The notes beneath the pieces are model-generated. The model searched no databases, was not told the DNA's origin, and saw nothing but the letters and a program-made list of their open reading frames with translations. This document shows, piece after piece, positions 8,901 through 15,092 of a stretch of DNA of 24,321 bases. Both the position numbers and the translations under genes were made by a program. This stretch comes from a virus (taxonomy: Duplodnaviria; Caudoviricetes): positions 1 through 24,321 of the IMG/VR virus record IMGVR_UViG_3300030102_001761. One strand, 5' to 3'. Position 1 is the stretch's first letter. Each line of letters begins with the position of its first letter.

Positions 8901-9949
8901 TAGAATGTCTCCCCGTTTACAAGCAACGCGCTTGAACCAAGATGTGAAGCACACAGACCACCCATGAACAGGATGCGACCATAACGTCCATCGTAACCCG
9001 AGATGTCCTCGAAGCCGGTGAACTTAAAGTCAGCGTCTCCGTGAACGTGCAGGTAGATAGCGTCAAGGTTAAGCATTGCCATCGTGTTGGAACCAGCGGA
9101 ACCAGCACCAGCAGCAACGTCCATCGCTCGCTCAGGCATAATCACACCGGACGAGAACTGAAGGCTCTGAACACCAGAGGCATCAAGAGTCTTCGCATCA
9201 ACATAACGCTCCTGCGCAAACAGCGCCTGACGATAGTTGACATACCCGTTGGGCGAGGCAAGGGTCAGGTGGAAACGACCACCGTCACCGTCGGCAGGCA
9301 TAAGCGTAGAAGCCTTGGCTTCCAACTCATACATAGCCGCAATACCGTTAGCCGAGAAGTCGTTCGACGCATTGGCGAACTGGTTCTGGAGACCAACAGC
9401 AAGACCGTGAGAAAGACCACCCATCGTGTTGCCCTGCGAAGCAGGAGCAGCATCCTCAAGGAAGCCAGTCGACACGCCCTGTCCAGCCGTGTTACCGTTA
9501 ATCGTACCAAGCGTAGCAAGGTCGGTCACAGTGTTACCAACAATCTGTTGGTTAATCTTACGCATCAGCGCAGACAATGCATTTTTATATCGCACCTCAG
9601 CAAGGTCAATAATGGCACGCTCGCCAGAGTTCTCAGCCTCTTCACGACCTGAAATAAGAACGGGCATCGCAACTCGCATCCAGTCATACTCAGCCTGCTG
9701 GGTGGCATCACGGACGCTAAGGTCCAGTGCTTCCCAACCGCTTGAGAGAACCGTCAACTGCGAGTGTTCCTCGGTTTCCACGGGAACAACCAACTTGTAG
9801 CCGCCATCAAAGGTGCGGATCTTACCAAGTTTCTTGGATACGCTGAGGAAGGGAGTCGTCTCGAAGAGCGCCTCACTGACCTCATCCTCAATCTCGTAAA
9901 TAGTCGTGGAGAGAATATCATTACTAATTCCAGTCAATGTAATAGACAT
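8900..9949 (-). CDS. Major capsid protein (HK97-fold expected), 349 aa
   Basis: Size; N-terminal LSTT....DEV.EALFETTPFL and GG.KLVVPV, ISGREEAENSG patterns; strong codon bias; own leader and promoter motif; followed by a decoration gene and terminator. Confidence 0.85.
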   Translation of the reverse strand: MSITLTGISNDILSTTIYEIEDEVSEALFETTPFLSVSKKLGKIRTFDGGYKLVVPVETEEHSQLTVLSSGWEALDLSVRDATQQAEYDWMRVAMPVLISGREEAENSGERAIIDLAEVRYKNALSALMRKINQQIVGNTVTDLATLGTINGNTAGQGVSTGFLEDAAPASQGNTMGGLSHGLAVGLQNQFANASNDFSANGIAAMYELEAKASTLMPADGDGGRFHLTLASPNGYVNYRQALFAQERYVDAKTLDASGVQSLQFSSGVIMPERAMDVAAGAGSAGSNTMAMLNLDAIYLHVHGDADFKFTGFEDISGYDGRYGRILFMGGLCASHLGSSALLVNGETF

Positions 9950-10110
9950 GATTTCAATCCTTTATTAAGTTTAAGTTTCTATAGTAAAAAGTTTAACGTT
10001 TATCCATACGACTACTGAGGGTTATTTCAGGTGGATAATCTGAAGTCCTATTTATTCGTGCCGTCTTGAGACTGTAGATAAGTTATCCTATGTGGGTCAA
10101 ACCTACTGCT
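9950..10110 (-). promoter_or_regulatory. Structured ~160-nt 5' leader of the major capsid gene
   Basis: Non-coding gap with two hairpins sharing an AC/AUAAC internal loop (10074-10106 and 10018-10049), then an A/U-rich stretch and RBS AAGGA. Confidence 0.55.
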
Positions 10111-10134
10111 TCATATAATATAATACTTTGTCAA
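10111..10134 (-). promoter_or_regulatory. Copy of recurring late-promoter-like motif (TTGACA-N8-TATTAT)
   Basis: Minus strand TTGACAAAGTATTATATTATATGA directly upstream of the capsid leader. Confidence 0.6.
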
Positions 10135-10136
10135 CC

Positions 10137-10298
10137 TTACAGGGTATTAAGTTTAAGATCAATCTCTCTGAGCAGTAATCTAATTTCAAAGATCTCTTTA
10201 TTGATTGACTCTCTGTCCAGATAGAACTTACTGAGTTCTTTATATTCTATCTTATCAAGATGAGACTCAACTTTATTTATCTTTTCTTTAAGTTTCAT
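10137..10298 (-). CDS. Hypothetical 53-aa coiled-coil-like protein (below ORF-track cutoff)
   Basis: ATGA overlap with the upstream stop; MKLKEKINKVESHLDKIEYKELSKFYLDRESINKEIFEIRLLLREIDLKLNTL*; fills the gap exactly up to the capsid promoter motif. Confidence 0.65.
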   Translation of the reverse strand: MKLKEKINKVESHLDKIEYKELSKFYLDRESINKEIFEIRLLLREIDLKLNTL

Positions 10299-10642
10299 TT
10301 TTCTTTATCCTTCAGTGGTTGGTATTCAATGTAAGTTAAGTAGTGACCTGAGTCTGTATTGGCACGGTAGGCTTCTTTGAAAGAAGCCCAGATAGAACCT
10401 CCTGCTTTACAGATCATTAACAACCCAACCTCAACATCATACTTATTGGAAACAGGTAAGTAAATCCAGTCCTTTTTATAGTTATGCCAAGTTAGTTCCT
10501 TACAGAATTCTTCTATTTGTTCAGGTGTATATCTAATAAACTGTCGTGTCCTAAGTGAACCCATAATGACTCCAGTTTCTTTTTTTGCCCAGAGTGGGTG
10601 TGGTAAATCCTCCCTCTCCATATACCTTATAGGAATTACCAT
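10295..10642 (-). CDS. Hypothetical protein, 115 aa
   Basis: Only long ORF in the interval, divergent from the sigma-like gene; no recognisable motif; start uncertain. Confidence 0.6.
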   Translation of the reverse strand: MVIPIRYMEREDLPHPLWAKKETGVIMGSLRTRQFIRYTPEQIEEFCKELTWHNYKKDWIYLPVSNKYDVEVGLLMICKAGGSIWASFKEAYRANTDSGHYLTYIEYQPLKDKEK

Positions 10643-10678
10643 TCAGTTCTATACTTTTATTTTCTTTTTATTTTGCTC

Positions 10679-10707
10679 TTGACAATCCAGAACCTTTATG
10701 GTATATT
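10679..10707 (+). promoter_or_regulatory. Canonical sigma70-type (early) promoter
   Basis: TTGACA (10679-84), 17-nt spacer, TATATT (10702-07), with an extended -10 TG and a T-rich UP-like tract upstream. Confidence 0.8.
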
Positions 10708-10788
10708 ATATATATTGTGAGAATAAATGTTCTATTGGGATTATTAGAAACTATATATTATAGATGGCAAGGAATAGGAGACCTTACT

Positions 10789-11418
10789 ATGAACGAAGAG
10801 ATTACAGATTTAATATTTAATGAAGGTGGGGTCGCTAGAATCTATTGCTGGAGTCCTTATAGCAAGTATAAACCCTCACAAACTTTAATGAATTACAGAC
10901 GGATTTCTGAGGCAGAGGCTTGGGAATCTACAGATAATGTTTTAATGACTGTCAACGCAGCCTTCTATGCTGATAAGGCAGAGACCCTAATGGAATGGAA
11001 TCCAGAGAAGAGTACCCTGCGTACTTGGATTACTAACCACTTTAATTGGTGGTACTTAGAATGGATGAAAAAACAAATCAACTATGACAAGAATGTTAAG
11101 AAAAGAATCAATGGCTTTTACGATGAAGAAATCAACGAGGCTGAAGTTCAACAATCAATTGAAAAACAAAAGGATGATATGATGTCAGAAGATGAGAATG
11201 AAAAACTAAACAGAATCTTTATGTTTGTCCAGACTCGTGATAAGGCTCAACGGTTTATCTTTTTAGAGATGACTGGAATGGCTAAACTGCAATACAGTGC
11301 GGACAAGAAACGAATCTTAAACTTTCCGGGTAGGGATAACATCTCAGTTCCCGGCTGGTATAAGCGTAGAAAGAAGTTCATTGCTGAACTAAAGGCGTAC
11401 TGCAATGGCAACTACTAA
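10789..11418 (+). CDS. Divergent sigma-factor-like protein (209 aa; start corrected to ATG 10789)
   Basis: RBS AGGAG 8 nt upstream. Region-2.3/2.4-like WNPEKSTLRTWITNHFNWWYLEWMKKQ, an acidic linker, and a degenerate region-4-like C-terminus (DKAQRFIFL...ISVPGWYKRRKKFIAELKAY). Confidence 0.55.
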   Translation: MNEEITDLIFNEGGVARIYCWSPYSKYKPSQTLMNYRRISEAEAWESTDNVLMTVNAAFYADKAETLMEWNPEKSTLRTWITNHFNWWYLEWMKKQINYDKNVKKRINGFYDEEINEAEVQQSIEKQKDDMMSEDENEKLNRIFMFVQTRDKAQRFIFLEMTGMAKLQYSADKKRILNFPGRDNISVPGWYKRRKKFIAELKAYCNGNY

Positions 11419-11447
11419 AAAACCCCTGCCTCGGAATGAGACAGGGG
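11417..11447 (-). terminator. Rho-independent terminator (minus strand)
   Basis: CCCCTGTCTC-ATTCC-GAGGCAGGGG-TTTTTT. The stem is complete (one U-G pair) and followed by U6 only on the minus strand. Confidence 0.85.
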
Positions 11448-11501
11448 CTTAGTTGAATAGGAGACCAACCGATTAAAGTTGAAAGAGACAACAACGTCTC
11501 T
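11417..11501 (-). ncRNA. Candidate ~85-nt small RNA with an anti-Shine-Dalgarno loop
   Basis: Bounded by a promoter-motif copy and a terminator. Three hairpins: AGAGAC/GUCUCU, GGUUGG-UCUCCUAU-UCAACU, and the terminator. It has 11-12 nt perfect complementarity to two RBSs in the window. Confidence 0.65.
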
Positions 11502-11522
11502 ACTAATAGAATCTATTGTCAA
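11499..11522 (-). promoter_or_regulatory. Copy of recurring late-promoter-like motif (TTGACA-N8-TATTAG)
   Basis: Minus strand TTGACAATAGATTCTATTAGTAGA immediately 5' of the candidate sRNA. Confidence 0.55.
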
Positions 11523-11637
11523 TCAGATGGAGGGGAAATGTCGTTTAGTAGTAGTGAAATAAAAAAGTTTTTGAGTATTGAAACCCGGTCTCGTCTACCG
11601 TATCCAACAGACGAACTTAATAATAGGAGTAATAGAG

Positions 11638-12105
11638 ATGACAACAGTACAAGCAAAAAGGTGTCCAAAGTGCGACACATTAAAAGAAGTAAAAGAGTTT
11701 AATAAACACCGCAACAGTTCTGATGGGCTTCAGGGCTACTGTAGAACCTGCTCTAGCAAGGCGGGTAAGGAATGGTATAAAGCCAATCGCCAAGTTGATC
11801 CTTATGTGTATAAGGTTACCTGCCCAGACCATAAGTATTATTATGGGTCCTCGACCATTCACCTTGATGATCGCATAAGGCTACACTTCAGCAACCATCG
11901 AGTCTGTGCCTTAGCCCAGCACGTAACAGGGTCTGGCTGGACCGCTGAAGACTGTGAGGTTCGTGTTATAGGCACAGGCGATCTTAATACCGTAAGGTAT
12001 CAGGAAGCAATGCTTATCCAAAGCAATCTGGATAACGAGAAGTGCCTGAATGTAAGAGGACCAGACAGGAAGTGGATTCCAACTGAGTTTGCTGATGGAG
12101 ATTGA
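11638..12105 (+). CDS. Zinc-finger + GIY-YIG endonuclease (155 aa; start corrected to ATG 11638)
   Basis: N-terminal CPKC...DGLQGYCRTC; GIY-YIG motifs YVY-x8-YYYGSS, R-x3-H (RIRLH), E (YQEAMLI) and N (CLN); RBS AATAGGAG. Confidence 0.8.
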   Translation: MTTVQAKRCPKCDTLKEVKEFNKHRNSSDGLQGYCRTCSSKAGKEWYKANRQVDPYVYKVTCPDHKYYYGSSTIHLDDRIRLHFSNHRVCALAQHVTGSGWTAEDCEVRVIGTGDLNTVRYQEAMLIQSNLDNEKCLNVRGPDRKWIPTEFADGD

Positions 12106-12277
12106 TCACATCAACAACTGCTTCTGGTTGCATTGGTCGGCTTCCTACCACCTAGCAATATATGAATCTTCCACAGATACAAATGAGTTAGCCGACCATT
12201 ACACTGCTTACAAAGATGCTCAATACTTTTTAGACGAGGCTCTTAAAAGAATGATTGAGTTAGACACTTACCACTAG
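12095..12277 (+). CDS. Hypothetical protein, ~60 aa
   Basis: ATG at 12095 overlaps the end of the nuclease gene; helical-looking; its TAG forms part of the next RBS. Confidence 0.55.
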   Translation: MEIDHINNCFWLHWSASYHLAIYESSTDTNELADHYTAYKDAQYFLDEALKRMIELDTYH

Positions 12278-12286
12278 GAGAAGCAA

Positions 12287-12547
12287 ATGAAAGACAAAGA
12301 CATTAAAACACCCTTAGCCGGGTCATTAGGAGAAGAGTATGCGAATGAACTTAGAGTTGTTTATGATAACAGTATTGTTGATAATGGGAACCGTTATGTG
12401 TTCTTTACCACACCGCGAGTTCCAAACAGAGTTGCCGGAACCAGAGTTACCTTGGAAAACCACAAGGCTTCAGCAGATCGAGACGGACCTCACGTTAATG
12501 AGAATCCGAGTGGAACAATTGGAACAGAGGATAGAGGAGAAGATTAA
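12287..12547 (+). CDS. Hypothetical protein, 86 aa (overlaps the next ORF out of frame)
   Basis: RBS TAGGAGAAG upstream of ATG; polar, low-structure sequence. Confidence 0.4.
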   Translation: MKDKDIKTPLAGSLGEEYANELRVVYDNSIVDNGNRYVFFTTPRVPNRVAGTRVTLENHKASADRDGPHVNENPSGTIGTEDRGED

Positions 12548-12551
12548 GTAA
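12339..12551 (+). CDS. Hypothetical membrane-anchored coiled-coil protein, 70 aa
   Basis: RBS TAGGAGAAG; N-terminal hydrophobic segment (LFMITVLLIMGTVMC), Pro-rich linker, C-terminal heptads (RLQQIETDLTLMRIRVEQLEQRIEE). Confidence 0.55.
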   Translation: MRMNLELFMITVLLIMGTVMCSLPHREFQTELPEPELPWKTTRLQQIETDLTLMRIRVEQLEQRIEEKIK

Positions 12552-13053
12552 GGGGTAGGGTTTTCATAATGATCTGCTTTGGCAAGAAGTTCCAGCAATA
12601 GTAACTACTACTGAACGTGATCTTATTATTATCCCTACCGTCTGGAGAAATAAACTTCATCCTTCTATCAAACATCAAGAGTTGTAAGTCCTTGTCTTTG
12701 AACAACTGTTTAGGTGCCGCATCATTCAACCAAGTATTGGTCATGATTAAAGCAAACGGTTTATTAAAAGACAAGGCACGCTCAAAGAACTTTCTTTTAT
12801 TGGTGAAAGGTGGATTGGATACAATCACATCCCACTTCTCTGGTTCATATGTAAAGAAGTCTTGCCCAGCATCTATGTGTGAGAACACAACTTGATTCTG
12901 TTTAGAGATTTGTTTAACGAACTCACTGTCCTTTTTATCAAAGGGACACCAGACGATTGCATCTTCAGGGATAAACTCTAGTATGGGTGCAACACCTAAA
13001 GCAGGTGTATAACACTCATCATTGTTTCCCTTTGAGTATAGAACCTTATTCAT
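12544..13053 (-). CDS. Putative N6-adenine (amino) methyltransferase, small phage type, 169 aa
   Basis: DECYTP, VWCPFD (SAM-binding motif I-like), GQDFF and catalytic motif IV DVIVSNPPF; ATGA-coupled to the upstream gene. Confidence 0.75.
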   Translation of the reverse strand: MNKVLYSKGNNDECYTPALGVAPILEFIPEDAIVWCPFDKKDSEFVKQISKQNQVVFSHIDAGQDFFTYEPEKWDVIVSNPPFTNKRKFFERALSFNKPFALIMTNTWLNDAAPKQLFKDKDLQLLMFDRRMKFISPDGRDNNKITFSSSYYCWNFLPKQIIMKTLPLT

Positions 13054-13241
13054 TCAGATCTCTTCTGATAACCATCACGATACCAGCCCTCCCCCTTCAG
13101 CGCAAAACTGGAGGGGGAGATTTTCTTTTTGGTCTCGGAATTACAGAAAGGACAGGGAGGTGGAGGATCTTCGTATCTCTGCATCACCTCTACCTCGCCC
13201 TTACAGCATTCGTTTAAACACCGAAACTCATAGATAGGCAT
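13050..13241 (-). CDS. FmdB-family zinc-ribbon protein, 63 aa
   Basis: MPIYEFRC...C...CPFC...KKISPSSFALKGEGWY..GY signature; TAATG-coupled to the scaffold gene. Confidence 0.8.
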   Translation of the reverse strand: MPIYEFRCLNECCKGEVEVMQRYEDPPPPCPFCNSETKKKISPSSFALKGEGWYRDGYQKRSE

Positions 13242-14020
13242 TACGCTTTACCTGTCCTCTTCATATGGAGATAAGCCTCGTAGGCGCTCTTGAACTTAGG
13301 CTTATGCACGCCCGGTGTATTACCGGTAGTAACCTTGTAGCCATACTCACGAGCACTGTTACGGTGCATACGAAGTTCCTCATTAAGTTTCTCTTGCTCT
13401 TCACGAGACTTGCGACCCTTGACAAGGTAGTAAGCCTCCTCGGCAGACAAGCCCTTATTTCTAATGAGACCAGCGATATCTTCCTTATGGGTATCAAAGT
13501 CAGGATTCTCAGCACGAAACCTATCAATCTCTGCCTTACGCTTAGAGACTCTAAGTTCATCCTGAGCAGGTTGTAACATATTGCGAAGTTGCTCTGCTGC
13601 CTTAGCCTCAATGTACTTTTGCAGATGTTCTGGGTTGTACATATCAAGTGCTTCGGGCAACTGCATCTTTTCTTTAAGACCGTTCAGCATCTGCTCGTTC
13701 TCAAACAAGGCACGCTCACGGGCTTTCAATTCGTTACGCTCTGTAGAGATCCTAGTAGTTTTCTTTCTATAATCCTCGCGAAGGTTCTGAACTAACTTCT
13801 TTGCTTCAGGGGAAAGTTGTCTAATAACTTCATCATACTTGATGCCCTTGTGCTTAGTTTGTTCAAACTCTGGTCCAGTCAAGTGCGTGTCAAGCAACTG
13901 GTCTAAGTCAATAGTATCTGCTGGGGTAGTCTGCGGAACCTCAACCGTAGGCTCAGCAGCAGGTGCTGATGCTTCGGCTGGGGTATTGACTTGTGCAGTC
14001 CCAACGTTTTCATCACTCAT
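13241..14020 (-). CDS. Capsid scaffolding protein, 259 aa
   Basis: Acidic Pro/Ala/Glu-rich N-terminus, LREDYRKKTTRIS.ER coiled-coil, FRAENPDF...EEAYYLVK; RBS AAGGAG; downstream of the portal. Confidence 0.7.
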   Translation of the reverse strand: MSDENVGTAQVNTPAEASAPAAEPTVEVPQTTPADTIDLDQLLDTHLTGPEFEQTKHKGIKYDEVIRQLSPEAKKLVQNLREDYRKKTTRISTERNELKARERALFENEQMLNGLKEKMQLPEALDMYNPEHLQKYIEAKAAEQLRNMLQPAQDELRVSKRKAEIDRFRAENPDFDTHKEDIAGLIRNKGLSAEEAYYLVKGRKSREEQEKLNEELRMHRNSAREYGYKVTTGNTPGVHKPKFKSAYEAYLHMKRTGKA

Positions 14021-14031
14021 TTATGTTCTCC

Positions 14032-14583
14032 TTAAAAGCCTAATGCGGCTAGGTCTAATGCGGCTTCCTCTGTAGGAGCCTCTCCCTCAACAGTAACTTC
14101 TTCAACAACTTCCTCAACCGGTGCTTCCTCTGGAGCGTCAGTCTGAAGGAACTTCTTGAAAGCCTTATCTTTAACTAATTTAGTAATCTTAGCAGAGATA
14201 GCAGCCAAGTCCTTATCACGGGTCACGGCATTCAGATCACCAAAGGAATGAATGTTTTCTTCATCACCCTCAGCCATCGTGTAACTTTCAGTCGCACTCT
14301 GGATAGCCATGATGGCACGGAATAGATCCTGCGGGAGAGGTCCATCCTTGATGTCCTCAAACTCAGTTCCAATCTCTGGAGCGCCAATCAACTTATTAAA
14401 CGAATTGATTGACCGAGCGAGAGCAGACAGGCGTGTCTTACCAAACCTACCTGTGGGTGCATTACCTGCAACCGTCTCGTCTAAAGCCTGAGCCTCTGCT
14501 AACTCAACTTCCATAATGTCCTCGGGCATCACCTCCCCTTGTGTGGGTAAGGGTGCAGATGCCATTCTATCTTCAATAGCCAT
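14032..14583 (-). CDS. Hypothetical acidic head-module protein, 183 aa
   Basis: RBS AAGGAG; acidic termini; between portal and scaffold. Confidence 0.65.
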   Translation of the reverse strand: MAIEDRMASAPLPTQGEVMPEDIMEVELAEAQALDETVAGNAPTGRFGKTRLSALARSINSFNKLIGAPEIGTEFEDIKDGPLPQDLFRAIMAIQSATESYTMAEGDEENIHSFGDLNAVTRDKDLAAISAKITKLVKDKAFKKFLQTDAPEEAPVEEVVEEVTVEGEAPTEEAALDLAALGF

Positions 14584-14597
14584 AATAATATTCTCCT

Positions 14598-15092
14598 TTA
14601 AAAGTCGTCTATGGTTTTAGTGAACTCACCATCAAGAGCAGGTTTAGCAGGACAATACTCCTCCCAGAACCTCTCCTGATCTTTAATATCTTTACACGCC
14701 TTGGCTCCCTCCCAGTAAGCATCTGCTCGGTCATCAAGGTATTTCTCATACTTCATTGCTTTTTCATTGTGATCTTCCAAGTAATACTTGGGCATATCAT
14801 CTAACGGAACTACACCCCTTGCTTTACAAATCGCATCTCGCTCTTCGTAAGAGTTGTAGCGTACCCCCAATCCCCGGTCAAAGAAACCGTTGATTCCCCA
14901 CTTACCAGTTCCCCCGGCTCCCCACTTATCGGGGGTGCGAGCAATAAGATTAACCCGTCGTCTTACCGCAATCGCACCAGTAAGTGCACCCTTCAATTGA
15001 TCTGGAACCTCAGAAGCCTTAAAGATTTCTTCTATGGTCTCGCCTGAAGGAAGACCATCCGGTCCTAGTATATCGTATACATACAGTGGCAT
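14598..15092 (-). CDS. Hypothetical protein with FmdB-like MPLY.Y start but no zinc-ribbon cysteines, 164 aa
   Basis: TAATG-coupled to the portal; MPLYVYD...IEEIF; FDRGLGVRYNSYEER..ICKARG segment. Confidence 0.65.
   Translation of the reverse strand: MPLYVYDILGPDGLPSGETIEEIFKASEVPDQLKGALTGAIAVRRRVNLIARTPDKWGAGGTGKWGINGFFDRGLGVRYNSYEERDAICKARGVVPLDDMPKYYLEDHNEKAMKYEKYLDDRADAYWEGAKACKDIKDQERFWEEYCPAKPALDGEFTKTIDDF

Noticed and set aside
8898-8954. Possible programmed -1 frameshift fusing capsid to decoration protein
   Set aside because: The -1 frame is open across the capsid end, but I see no X XXY YYZ slippery heptamer. The TAATG overlap explains coupling by itself.
8529-9800. Long plus-strand ORFs (8529-8891, 9041-9652, 9426-9800) opposite the capsid and decoration genes
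   Set aside because: Shadow ORFs expected from strong codon bias in highly expressed genes; no RBS or protein-like motifs. The same applies to the other short antisense ORFs in the track.
11538-11702. 54-codon plus-strand ORF (MSFSSSEIKKFLSIETR...) with GGAGG upstream
   Set aside because: It overlaps the nuclease RBS and start out of frame, the SD spacing is short and the composition is not convincing. Not excluded, but unsupported.
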